Source: Thermodesulfobacteriota bacterium (GTDB lineage: Bacteria; Desulfobacterota; Desulfarculia; Adiutricales; JAGVGV01). Taken from it: a stretch of 64,000 bases of DNA. Below are positions 7,708 through 16,662 of the stretch, one piece after another. The position numbers were made by a program, and so were the translations under genes. Location of the stretch: contig JBFMAW010000023.1 of assembly GCA_040755515.1 (NCBI GenBank), positions 39,383 to 103,382 of the forward strand. Reading direction: 5' to 3'. The first letter of the stretch is position 1. Each line of letters begins with the position of its first letter. Below the pieces are notes generated by a model that searched no databases, was not told where the DNA came from, and saw only the letters and a program-made list of their open reading frames with translations.

Positions 7708-10700
7708 TCAACCAAGAATCACATTTCCCTTCAGGCAGGCTATTCTGAAATCAAACAAAGCCATATCGGTCTTATCGATGGCTGTCTTGTTTTGTCTGAT
7801 ATCGAGTTCGTTTTGATCAATCCTTTGATTGGTTCGCCGGATCGCGGTGGTGATTCTCCCGACGCGTGTGTTGAAGTCTTCCAGGCGTTGTTGGTGCATC
7901 CTCACGACCCGCTGGCCGAGTTCGATGTCTCTTTCAGCGGTATCCACACGTTCATTGGTAATTCTAATGTGTCTCCGAATGGCCCTGATTTGATTGGTGA
8001 AGACTCGAACATCTTGTTGGCCGGCCGTTATGGACTGTTCATGTGCCAAAACCATGTGGTTGGTGGCTTGCAAGTGGGTCTGCCAGGCGTTAATTCTATT
8101 GTCAATCGCCTCGATCTTTTTGTCCGAAGCGTTGAAGTGGCCGTTCTGCCACTCGTTGTGCCAGGCCAGGCTTCCTTCGAACTCGACGCCGATATGTATC
8201 TCCGAAGCCAGGCCGACCGTGAAGTAGCTCTCCCAGCCGCCGACGTACTGCATTTCTTCGCCATAGACCTTCCTGCTTTCCCCGGCTTCGATCTCCCAGT
8301 CGGCGAAAGAGCCGACCAGGCCCCGAAAGGCGCCCACGGTATGCATCTGAATTCCGTGTTTCCCTTCGCCGCCTTCGCCCTTCTCACCCTTTTCGCCCTT
8401 TTCGCCTTTTTCCCCTTTTTCGCCCGTAGCGCCGGTGGCGCCAGTGGGACCCCGGGCGCCCGTGGGTCCGATCGCGCCGGTGGCGCCTTTAGGTCCCAGA
8501 GGTCCGACCGGGCCGGTGGCGCCCTTTTCACCCTTCAGATCAACATAGGTGTAGTCAGCCTCATCAGACGTCTTCACTCCCAGGCGGGTGCCGTCCCATT
8601 TGTATTCAAAGTTGGCCCCGCGGTCGCCCTGATCGCCTTTGGCGCCCGGCGCCCCCGGCACTCCAGGCAGTCCTTGTTGACCGCGGTCGCCCTGGTCGCC
8701 CTTTGCTCCGGTTGCTCCACTGGCGCCGGTCGCACCGGTCGCACCGGTGGCGCCGGCGGGACCGGTTGGTCCAGCCGGTCCTGGAATACCCGGAGGGCCT
8801 GGCGGCCCTGGTTCGCCTTTTGCTCCGGCCTCGCCCTTTTCACCCGTGGGTCCGGTAGGCCCGGTCGCGCCGGCGGGGCCGGTTGGTCCTACGGCTCCGG
8901 CCGGTCCGGGAATACCCGGGGGTCCGATCGGTCCGGCTTCACCTTTTGCTCCGGCCTCGCCCTTTTCACCCGCGGGTCCGGTAGGCCCGGTCGCGCCGGC
9001 GGGGCCGGTTGGTCCTACGGCTCCGGCCGGTCCGGGAATGCCCGGAGGTCCGATCGGTCCGGCTTCGCCCTTGTCACCGCGGTCGCCCTTTTCGCCCAAC
9101 GGTCCTTGCGGTCCCGCTGGCCCCTGAGGTCCCGGAGGCCCCTGCGGCCCGGGGGGGCCTGGAGGTCCGGGCGGGCCGGGTTCTCCGTCTCCGGTGGGTG
9201 GGTCGTTGGGCGCGCCGATGCGAATCCAGGAGTTGGCCGTGGGCGACAACAGCACGATCCTTTGGCTGCCAGCCGCGTCTTCGATGTGTATCTTGTTCTG
9301 TCCGGCCGTGGTGATGATGTTCATGGTGCTGTTGTCGGCCGTGACCGGGCTGGGATACTCGGGGTTCGGCACCGCTCCGGTGATGATCGGCCGATCCGGG
9401 TCTCCCTCGATGAAGGTCAAAAGCACTTCCGTTCCTTTGTGCAGGGGGAAGTGCAGGCCGTGGTCCGAACCTCCGTAAGGTTGCATCATGCGCAGATAAG
9501 TCGAGGCCTTGCCGTCCTTCCGGCCCGAAAGATCAAAAGGCAGGACCACCTTATACCGGCCGTATTCGTCCAGTTCGGCGTATTCGCCGCTCGCGGCCGC
9601 GTCCACCACGGCGTTGATCACTCCGTAGAACCTTGGTTTTTCGCTGGCCAATTCGGCCCGGAACTGGGCCTGGGCCGGAATGGCCACAAACGAGTTGCGG
9701 TAATAGAGCTGCTGTTCTCGCTCGCTCAGAGCGCGCTTGAGGCCGTCTATCATGTACGCCGTCTGAGTGCCTTCATGCTCCATCTTGATGGTCAGGTACT
9801 TCTGATTGAAGTTTTCCTGATAATGATCCTGTAGCTCGAAGGTGTATCCTGGTCGGAGATAGGGCACCGCGCTCTCGCCGTAAAATTCGCGTTCCCGGCA
9901 GAGATAGGCTTCGGCTCGAACCTGGGCCAGCGTGTCGCCCTCTTCCGGGGTGAGGAAATGGTCGCCGTAAACGTAGATCTGCCCTCGGCCTTCAGGCAGG
10001 ATTCCGGCCCGGCCGGTCAGTTCGAGAGATGGCGTCAGGTAATTGTAATCCTTGAGCAGAACCTCTTGGGGCAGCATATGCTGGCGGCAGACATAAGATT
10101 GGATGACTTCCCGCATATGTCCGGCTTCCAAGCCGGAAGGGGGGGAATAGTAAAGAGTTCGACCTTGAGGCATGTCGGTGTGGGCGATGCCCGTATCGGT
10201 GATGATGACCTTTTCGGCGCCGGAGTCCTGTTCGAAGTAGTAATAGAGCCCTTGATGTTCGAGCCAGCGGGAGACGAAGTTCAGATGGCTTTCCCGGTAC
10301 TGGCTGACATATTCGAGTGATTGATAGGTCTTGGTGGTCTTTATCTCGAAATCCCGGGAAGTCAAGCCGCCGTCCTTGAGGACTTCGACTATTATGTCCG
10401 GCAGGTTCATCTTGAGGAATATCTGGTTATGGAAGGTCAGGGAGAGCCACCAGAGCCTGGGCGCCAGCACGGCCCGGTAAAAGACGTATTCGCCGAAGGC
10501 CTGCCGTTGTTCAAACCGGCTGAGAATGCCGTGAAAGGGCACGTCGCCTTCTTCGCGCCGGATGATGAAGGTGGCCGGCTTTTGTATTATCCGGCCCAGG
10601 TCCAGGTCCCGGCGGTCCGAGACCAGGTCAATCTCGAAGTGGTAGCACTGATTCAAGCCTTCGCTGCCTTTGAAGCTGACCACGTCAAAGGCGTCGGTCG

Positions 10701-10749
10701 GCAGGGCCTGGGAGACAAAGGCGAATTTTTCTTCGGTGATGAACCTCAT
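7708..10749 (-). CDS. vgrG: T6SS spike protein VgrG with long collagen-like (Gly-X-Y) triple-helix extension, a globular C-terminal domain and a terminal coiled coil
   Basis: 1013 aa. Classic VgrG gp27/gp5 core (…[48 protein letters not shown]…). About 230 aa of uninterrupted GXY repeats follow ([25 protein letters not shown]…). Then a ~35-aa non-collagen spacer, a second GXY block ending in (GEK)5, a ~130-aa globular region, and a ~100-aa heptad-like C-terminus. Confidence 0.9.
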   Translation of the reverse strand: MRFITEEKFAFVSQALPTDAFDVVSFKGSEGLNQCYHFEIDLVSDRRDLDLGRIIQKPATFIIRREEGDVPFHGILSRFEQRQAFGEYVFYRAVLAPRLWWLSLTFHNQIFLKMNLPDIIVEVLKDGGLTSRDFEIKTTKTYQSLEYVSQYRESHLNFVSRWLEHQGLYYYFEQDSGAEKVIITDTGIAHTDMPQGRTLYYSPPSGLEAGHMREVIQSYVCRQHMLPQEVLLKDYNYLTPSLELTGRAGILPEGRGQIYVYGDHFLTPEEGDTLAQVRAEAYLCREREFYGESAVPYLRPGYTFELQDHYQENFNQKYLTIKMEHEGTQTAYMIDGLKRALSEREQQLYYRNSFVAIPAQAQFRAELASEKPRFYGVINAVVDAAASGEYAELDEYGRYKVVLPFDLSGRKDGKASTYLRMMQPYGGSDHGLHFPLHKGTEVLLTFIEGDPDRPIITGAVPNPEYPSPVTADNSTMNIITTAGQNKIHIEDAAGSQRIVLLSPTANSWIRIGAPNDPPTGDGEPGPPGPPGPPGPQGPPGPQGPAGPQGPLGEKGDRGDKGEAGPIGPPGIPGPAGAVGPTGPAGATGPTGPAGEKGEAGAKGEAGPIGPPGIPGPAGAVGPTGPAGATGPTGPTGEKGEAGAKGEPGPPGPPGIPGPAGPTGPAGATGATGATGASGATGAKGDQGDRGQQGLPGVPGAPGAKGDQGDRGANFEYKWDGTRLGVKTSDEADYTYVDLKGEKGATGPVGPLGPKGATGAIGPTGARGPTGATGATGEKGEKGEKGEKGEKGEGGEGKHGIQMHTVGAFRGLVGSFADWEIEAGESRKVYGEEMQYVGGWESYFTVGLASEIHIGVEFEGSLAWHNEWQNGHFNASDKKIEAIDNRINAWQTHLQATNHMVLAHEQSITAGQQDVRVFTNQIRAIRRHIRITNERVDTAERDIELGQRVVRMHQQRLEDFNTRVGRITTAIRRTNQRIDQNELDIRQNKTAIDKTDMALFDFRIACLKGNVILG
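8695..9072. repeat. Tandem 126-bp (42-aa, 14 GXY triplets) direct repeats inside the vgrG collagen-like region: two near-identical units at 8821-8946 and 8947-9072, plus a more diverged third copy upstream
   Basis: The string tgctccggcctcgcccttttcaccc… recurs at 8821 and 8947. The two units differ at only a handful of positions, and the encoded peptide …[32 protein letters not shown](A/T)[11 protein letters not shown]… is duplicated. A 9-bp (cccttttcg)n microsatellite encoding (GEK)5 lies at ~8385-8432. Confidence 0.8.
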
Positions 10750-10952
10750 GCTAAACCTCCCCCGCGGGTCAGGATTGAGGCGTTTGGGACGGAGAGCAGC
10801 CCCGGCCGAGGAGGGCCGGGCTGGCCGGAGTCAATAAGGCCGCCGCTTCGGAATGAGCGGTTTAAATCATGTAATCCTCCGGTACGGCGTCATTATAGGT
10901 GAATACCGGAAAAAATCAATCCGGAAGCAGAGGCCTGGTTCTCCGGTCAGGC

Positions 10953-13469
10953 TCAGAAATCAACGTCCTGGCGGAAGACCGGCCTCAGAACGACGGTCAG
11001 GTCGGGGCCCAGGTTCCGGCCGGTGAAAAGAAGGCGGTAATAATACATTTCGCCTAAGATCTTTTTAACGTAAAGGCGGGTCTGATCGAAGGGTATCTGC
11101 TCGATGAATTCCTCGATGGTCGTTTCGCCGGCCTGCTCCACCCAGCGTTTGACGTTGAAAGGACCGGCGTTGTAGGCGGCCAGGGCCAGGGGGTATTGGC
11201 CGTCGAATTCCTTGATCAAGGCGGCCAGGTACCACGCGCCGAAGCGGATGTTGTTTTCCGGCGAAAAAAGGTCGGCCGGGTGCGGTTCGGCCCGGCCGAG
11301 GTGGGCCGCGATCTTACGTCCCGTGGAAGGCAGGATTTGCATCAGCCCACGGGCGTTGGCCCAGGACAGGATTTCCGGCTGGTAAAACGATTCCGTGCGC
11401 ATCATTGCCAGCAGCAAGGCCGGGTGCAGATGGAATTCATCGGCCGCTTTCAAGACCGGACCGGGATAGGCCAGGGGATAGAAGCGCCGCCGCGCCTTGA
11501 TCTGGTCCTCGGGGGAGCGGTTCTGGACCAGAAGCCGGAAGTAACTGTATTGGAGGCGGACAAAACCGTCATAATCGCCGACGTGAGCCAGGTAGGCGCT
11601 GCTGAAAGCCAGCAGCCTCAACTCCAGATCACCGGCCGCCGAAGAAGGGGACAGGCCCTGTCTCTTGATCAAGGACCGGACGGCTTCGGCCTCGAGATGC
11701 AGCAGGTCCACGGCTCCGGCCGCGGCCAAGTTTCTCAGCCGAGTCAGGGCCTGATTCAACACCGGCCCGGCGGCCGGTTGATCCGGGAGGCTTTCGATCC
11801 GGCGGCGTTCGACGCTCAATTCGCCCAGGCCCAGTCCAGGATCGCTCAAAGCCCAGACCGCCTGTCCGGCTGATCGGGTCTGGTGGTAGCGGAGGGGCAG
11901 GAAGGAATTGTCCAGACCCGGCTGATCCGAAATGAGCAATCTCCGGAAAATAGGCAGGTCCGGCCAATGGTCCTTGTTCCTGATCAGCCCGAGGCGTTCA
12001 TTCGCCCGCTGCCGGTAGTAGAATTCGGTCTGATCGGCCGCCAGAGGCTGGTAATAACCGGCCGCTTGGGCCTTCAGCCCGGCCTGTTCCAGGGAGCGGC
12101 CCAGCCAGTAAGAAGCGCCGGCGGCGTACCGGCTGCCGGGTTGTTCCTTGAGCAGGGCCTTGAATTGTTCGGCCGCCGCCTGATAGCTCCTCTTTCGGAA
12201 ATAAAAGAGGCCCCGCTGCCAGGGCAGGGCGTCCTTGTATTGTCCCTGGAGGCCCCCAGCGCTGATTCGTTTCCAGGCTTCTTCGGTCTGGTCCGGCTGA
12301 TCCAGTCTAAGCCGGACCAGCCCGGTCTGGAACCAGGCCTCGTCGGCCAGGGCCGAAGGTTGGATCGCTTCGGCCACGATCCGGTAGGCCTCCGCGGCCT
12401 TCTGCCATTGGCCCAGTCTTTCCCAACAGCGGGCGTAGGTCATGGCCGCGCCGGGGTTGGCTCTGACCGTGGCTGGCGCTCCATACGACTGGAAATAGAC
12501 GAGCGCTTCCTTGACTTGGCCGCTAAAATACAAGAGCCAGGCCTTTTCCGCGGCCAGACCGCCTCGAAAGCCTGGAGTCCCGCCTTGTCTGGACAGGCGT
12601 TCGATCAAGGCCAGAGCTTCTTCCAGGCGCCATTCCCGTCGCAGAAACCTGACCAGTTCCAATTTGCGGTCTTCGCTTCCGGGAACTTCCTGGGCCGGAG
12701 CCAGCAATTGGTGATATTTCCGGGCCGCTTCGGCCCGGATCGGTCTCTGGTTACTGGCTTCCATGGCCTGGCGGTAGTATTCCCGGGCCCGGGCTTCTTC
12801 GTTCCGGGCTTCGAAGATTCGGGCCAAGGCCAGCCTGGCTTCACCTCGGCGGTCCAAAGGCAGCAGGGCTTTGAATTCCCTGATGGCCTCCTCTGAGCGG
12901 CCTTCGTGGAACCAAGTTTCGGCTTTGAGCAGTCTGGCTTGGTCAGACCAAATTCCGGCGGGATCAGCCTTGAGATAATCTGAAATAAGGAGTCTGGCTT
13001 CGGGGTAACGGCCGGCCAGGTAGCAGGCTTGTCCGCGGAAATAGAGTCCGTAGCCGGCCAGGCTGGCCGGCATGGCTTCCCGACCGGACAGCCATCCGTC
13101 GGCCGCGTCGGCCAGACCGAGCTTGAGGGCCGTCAGGGCGGCCAAAAAGCCGGCCAGTTGTTTCTGCCGGACGGTGAGATCACCGGAGAGTATCTCGCTC
13201 AGGAGGCCCAGGGTCTCTTCATAATGGCCGTCCGTGTACAGTTCCACGGCCCGGTTATAATCGGACCAGTCCGCTTTCCTGATGGACGCTTGCTTTTTCT
13301 CCGGAGCGGCCGGAGTGATACGTTCCGTCTTGGTTTCTAGGGCCGTCGCGTCTCTGATTTGAAGTCGGACTGGCTGGCCCGGTTCACTCGCCCGGCAGGA
13401 TATGGCCGCCAGGCACACCAGCAAAACAGCGAACCAAGCCGCTGGACGCATCAGCCGGAACTCCAGCAC
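10953..13469 (-). CDS. slt: Soluble lytic murein transglycosylase (Slt70-like): signal peptide, TPR/superhelical N-domain, C-terminal SLT domain
   Basis: 838 aa with an N-terminal signal peptide (MLEFRLMRPAAWFAVLLVCLAAISCRA). The C-terminus carries SLT catalytic signatures …LLLAMMRTESFYQPEILSWANARGLMQILPSTG…FSPENNIRFGAWYLAALIKEF…AAYNAGP…. Confidence 0.85.
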   Translation of the reverse strand: MLEFRLMRPAAWFAVLLVCLAAISCRASEPGQPVRLQIRDATALETKTERITPAAPEKKQASIRKADWSDYNRAVELYTDGHYEETLGLLSEILSGDLTVRQKQLAGFLAALTALKLGLADAADGWLSGREAMPASLAGYGLYFRGQACYLAGRYPEARLLISDYLKADPAGIWSDQARLLKAETWFHEGRSEEAIREFKALLPLDRRGEARLALARIFEARNEEARAREYYRQAMEASNQRPIRAEAARKYHQLLAPAQEVPGSEDRKLELVRFLRREWRLEEALALIERLSRQGGTPGFRGGLAAEKAWLLYFSGQVKEALVYFQSYGAPATVRANPGAAMTYARCWERLGQWQKAAEAYRIVAEAIQPSALADEAWFQTGLVRLRLDQPDQTEEAWKRISAGGLQGQYKDALPWQRGLFYFRKRSYQAAAEQFKALLKEQPGSRYAAGASYWLGRSLEQAGLKAQAAGYYQPLAADQTEFYYRQRANERLGLIRNKDHWPDLPIFRRLLISDQPGLDNSFLPLRYHQTRSAGQAVWALSDPGLGLGELSVERRRIESLPDQPAAGPVLNQALTRLRNLAAAGAVDLLHLEAEAVRSLIKRQGLSPSSAAGDLELRLLAFSSAYLAHVGDYDGFVRLQYSYFRLLVQNRSPEDQIKARRRFYPLAYPGPVLKAADEFHLHPALLLAMMRTESFYQPEILSWANARGLMQILPSTGRKIAAHLGRAEPHPADLFSPENNIRFGAWYLAALIKEFDGQYPLALAAYNAGPFNVKRWVEQAGETTIEEFIEQIPFDQTRLYVKKILGEMYYYRLLFTGRNLGPDLTVVLRPVFRQDVDF

Positions 13470-13588
13470 CTGAATAAGTCGAGAGACTCGATACGTCCCT
13501 TGATGGATGGTGTAATCCCTGGGGGCACAAGTCGGTTCCCACCGCCGGTTGATGAAAGTGGGGCCTAGGCCGGCGGCAACACATCGAG

Positions 13589-13774
13589 TTATTTTTCCGT
13601 GACCGTAATGGCTCCTTGTTCACAGGCTTCGACGCAAGATTCGCAACCCACGCACTCATCGGCGTTGACCGGTACTGATTTTTTGTTCTGCAGTTCAAAT
13701 ACGTCCGTGGGACAGACTTCCACGCATTCGCCGCAACCGTTACACTTGTCATGGTCAACCGTCACTTGCCACAT
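13589..13774 (-). CDS. 2x[4Fe-4S] ferredoxin
   Basis: 61 aa with two CxxCxxCxxxCP motifs (CNGCGECVEVCP and CVGCESCVEAC). Confidence 0.85.
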   Translation of the reverse strand: MWQVTVDHDKCNGCGECVEVCPTDVFELQNKKSVPVNADECVGCESCVEACEQGAITVTEK

Positions 13775-14021
13775 TGATCAAACCTCCGTTTTCCCCGGCC
13801 AGCGGTTTCGCTGGCGATTCCGGTGGAAACATCTCGCTGGACGACTTCGAGGGCCGGACTGTATTACGCCGATATGGTTCTTCTTGCCCTTTAGGCTGTG
13901 ACTTTGTTTGTATACTTGACCTTCAAGTCTGTCAAGAGGGGCGGACCGCCCCAGGAGCTTGTTGTTTTCGACGGTTTTTTATGGCAGATTCGATCAGGCC
14001 GAGAGAGATTTAGATTATGAT

Positions 14022-14489
14022 ATGGGAGGACCCGTGAGCGGACCGACACTTGAAGACGCCATCGCTTTGGCGGCCCAGGCCCACCGCGGCCAGATGGACA
14101 AAGTGGGGCAGCCTTACATCCTGCACCCGCTCCGGGTGATGCTCCGGCTCGATTCCCTGACCGAGAAGATGGTGGGCGTCTTGCACGATCTGATCGAGGA
14201 TACGGGTTGGACCTTGGAAAAACTGACCGGCCAAGGCTATCCGCCCGAGGTCATCGTGGCCCTGGATCGTTTGACCAGAAGGCCTAAAGAGGAGTATGAA
14301 GACTTTATCGAACGGCTTAAAAACGATTCCCTGGCCCGACGGGTGAAACTGGCCGACCTGGAAGACAACCTGGACGTTTCACGCCTGCCGGAGATTACAT
14401 CTAGGGACCTCGCCAGATTGGATAAATATCGGCGGGCCAGAGAGGTTTTGATGGCGGTTCAAGCATTGGCCCGGGTGCAACCAAAATGA
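14022..14489 (+). CDS. Small HD-domain phosphohydrolase (RelA/SpoT-like HD, ppGpp-hydrolase-like)
   Basis: …AIALAAQAHRGQMDKVGQPYILHPLRVMLRL…VLHDLIEDT… contains the H…HD…D metal-binding pattern. The start was moved to the internal ATG (MGGPVSGPTLED); the upstream part of the tracked ORF looks non-coding. Confidence 0.65.
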   Translation: MGGPVSGPTLEDAIALAAQAHRGQMDKVGQPYILHPLRVMLRLDSLTEKMVGVLHDLIEDTGWTLEKLTGQGYPPEVIVALDRLTRRPKEEYEDFIERLKNDSLARRVKLADLEDNLDVSRLPEITSRDLARLDKYRRAREVLMAVQALARVQPK

Positions 14490-14608
14490 CGACCTGATCG
14501 AGCCGTTCGAAGGAGCGATAGGTTCTCGGCGGCGATCGCGCGCTGGATATTCAGGACCGGAATTAAGGGCTTTGATTACAGTTTTTCTCTTTCTCCATCG
14601 AGGGCAAG

Positions 14609-15010
14609 ATGATCGACTTGGTCAAATGGTTTAAAAGGCTCTTCCGGAACAACCGCCGCCAGCATAAGCGGTACAAGGTTCTGGATCAAGCCTACTGCGT
14701 CATCGGCTCGGACCCGGCCGAAGGCGAAAGGATGCGCCTGCTGGACATAGGCGAAGGCGGATTGGCCATGGCCTATGCCTTTTCGGACCCATTGATCCAG
14801 AAGACGGGCGAAATAAGCCTCATGGCCGGCGACAAGGTATATATCAAAAATGTCCTGGTCGAAACCATCACCGATCTGGAGATCAAGGATCTGTCCGAGA
14901 CCATGGTCACCATGAGGCGCCGGGGAGTACGTTTTAAAAGGCTTAAAAACGTGGATAAGAAACACCTGATGGATTTTATTAAAAACTGTACGGTTTGCGG
15001 GCCGGATTAG
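14609..15010 (+). CDS. Single-domain PilZ protein (c-di-GMP binding)
   Basis: RRQHKRYKV (RxxxR motif) and DIGEGGLAM (D/NxSxxG motif). Confidence 0.75.
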   Translation: MIDLVKWFKRLFRNNRRQHKRYKVLDQAYCVIGSDPAEGERMRLLDIGEGGLAMAYAFSDPLIQKTGEISLMAGDKVYIKNVLVETITDLEIKDLSETMVTMRRRGVRFKRLKNVDKKHLMDFIKNCTVCGPD

Positions 15011-15111
15011 GCGTCATTGTCTTGAACCCGAAGAGTGGCCGTTCAGATCGAATATTGATATAATATAATTGTATTCTTTCCCAGGCTCCTTAGTACGCCG
15101 GGAGATGTTCA

Positions 15112-15498
15112 ATGAGGACCGGCAGAGGACTGATCAGCCGGCTGATTAAACCCAGGCGCTTCAAACGTTTTCAAGCCAGGGACGGCGCCTTCGTTATCTT
15201 GGGTTCATCGCCCGCCCGTGGTCCAAAGTTAAAGATTCTGGATATAGGTCAGGGTGGTCTTTCCTTTCTATACCAGGGCAACCCCGCGGAACAGGAATAC
15301 CACGGTCAGCTCAGCCTCATGGCCGGAAGGGGACTCTACCTGGATTACGTGCCCTTCGAAGCCGTATCCGACGTTGGTCTGAGCGAACTGACGGGTCAGG
15401 AAAGCCCGTGGCGGCGCCGCAGCATACGCTTCAAGCAATTGGGATATCTGGACGTCAGGCAGCTTCGGGAGTTCATTCGCCGTCACTGCCGCTTCTGA
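15112..15498 (+). CDS. Single-domain PilZ protein, tandem paralog of the previous gene
   Basis: PRRFKRFQ (RxxxR) and DIGQGGLSF (DxSxxG); same architecture and length as the upstream PilZ. Confidence 0.75.
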   Translation: MRTGRGLISRLIKPRRFKRFQARDGAFVILGSSPARGPKLKILDIGQGGLSFLYQGNPAEQEYHGQLSLMAGRGLYLDYVPFEAVSDVGLSELTGQESPWRRRSIRFKQLGYLDVRQLREFIRRHCRF

Positions 15499-15599
15499 CC
15501 CAATCCGACTCGACCTTTCCATCATAACTTGTGATATAAGCCGGGCCGAATGAGGGTGGCGATTCGTTTAGGCCGTCATCCCTCGATTCCGGCTGGAAC

Positions 15600-16628
15600 T
15601 CAGTACGCCTCCTCCGAGCTAAGGTCCTTCTCCTTCACCTTTCCGCTGAATAAAATGTTGACCCAGACCTGGTAAGCGATGACCACGGGCACGAAGATCA
15701 AGGCCAGGACCAGCATTATGGTCAAGGTCAGCGAACTGGAGGCGGCGCCGGCCACGGTCACGCTGAACTTAGGGTCCAGGGTCGAGGGCAGCATATAGGG
15801 ATAAAGGCCGACCACTCCGAAAAAGGTCACGCCGATAATGGCCAGGGCCGAGCTGGCCCAGGCCAGCCAGTAGTTCCGCCGGATCAGTAGATGTTTGATG
15901 CCGGCCAGACCGGCCACCGCGATCACGATTATCAAGAACAAGGCCGGATGGGCCAGATAAATATCGTACAGTCGGGTGGACCAGGCGCTGGCGGCCAGGC
16001 AGAGGACGGCCGCGGCCAGCAGCACCGGCCAGAGTTGATGGGCCAGCTTGACCGCTGAGTCGTGAAGGTCTCCCTCCGTCTTGACGGCCAACATAATGGC
16101 GCCGTGGACCAGAAAGAGAAGCAGGAACAGCACGCCGCCCAAAAGACCGTAGGGATTGAGCAAGGTCAGCAGGTTGCCCTGGAACACGCCCTGGCCGTCA
16201 AGGGGCAGCCCGCGGAAGATGTTGGCGAAGGCCACGCCGAGGAGCACGGCCGGAATCAGGCTGCCCAGGAAGACTCCCCAGTCCCATATTTTCTTCCATT
16301 TTTCATCTTCGATCTGGTGGCGGAACTCGAAGGAGACGCCCCGGAAGATCAAGGCAAAGAGCAGTATCATCAAAGGAGTGTAGAAGGCGCTGAACATGAC
16401 CGCGTACATTTTAGGGAAGGCGGCGAAGGTCACCCCGCCGGCGGTCAGCAGCCAGACTTCGTTGCCGTCCCAGAGAGGGCCTATCACGTTATACATGATC
16501 CTTTTTTTTCCTTCGTCCCGGCCCAGGAAGGGTGACAGGACGCCGATGCCCAGGTCATAGCCGTCGGTGATGAAATAAACGGCCCACAAAAGGCCCCACA
16601 ACAAGAACCAGACCGTGGCCAAATCCAT
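15600..16628 (-). CDS. cydB: Cytochrome bd ubiquinol oxidase subunit II
   Basis: MDLATVWFLLWGLLWAVYFITDGYDLGIGVLSPFLGRDE…WDGNEVWLL… conserved CydB N-terminus; polytopic membrane protein. Confidence 0.9.
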   Translation of the reverse strand: MDLATVWFLLWGLLWAVYFITDGYDLGIGVLSPFLGRDEGKKRIMYNVIGPLWDGNEVWLLTAGGVTFAAFPKMYAVMFSAFYTPLMILLFALIFRGVSFEFRHQIEDEKWKKIWDWGVFLGSLIPAVLLGVAFANIFRGLPLDGQGVFQGNLLTLLNPYGLLGGVLFLLLFLVHGAIMLAVKTEGDLHDSAVKLAHQLWPVLLAAAVLCLAASAWSTRLYDIYLAHPALFLIIVIAVAGLAGIKHLLIRRNYWLAWASSALAIIGVTFFGVVGLYPYMLPSTLDPKFSVTVAGAASSSLTLTIMLVLALIFVPVVIAYQVWVNILFSGKVKEKDLSSEEAY

Positions 16629-16662
16629 TTCTCAACCTCCTTGTTTCAACCGACCCGTCGGT

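Noticed and set aside
7600-9834. 744-aa plus-strand ORF full of Gly/Pro/Arg/Ala runs
   Set aside because: It is antisense to the vgrG collagen-repeat region. GXY-coding GC-rich DNA stays open on the opposite strand. The VgrG frame has clear homology and this one has none.
11883-12896. 337-aa plus-strand ORF
   Set aside because: It lies entirely inside slt on the opposite strand. It is a low-complexity Gly/Pro/Arg translation with no motifs.
13930-13985. GC hairpin GGGGCGGACCGCCCC followed by a T-run on the plus strand
   Set aside because: No plus-strand gene ends upstream of it (the neighbouring genes are minus-strand). It could be an attenuator or leader structure of the HD gene, but the evidence is too thin to call a terminator.
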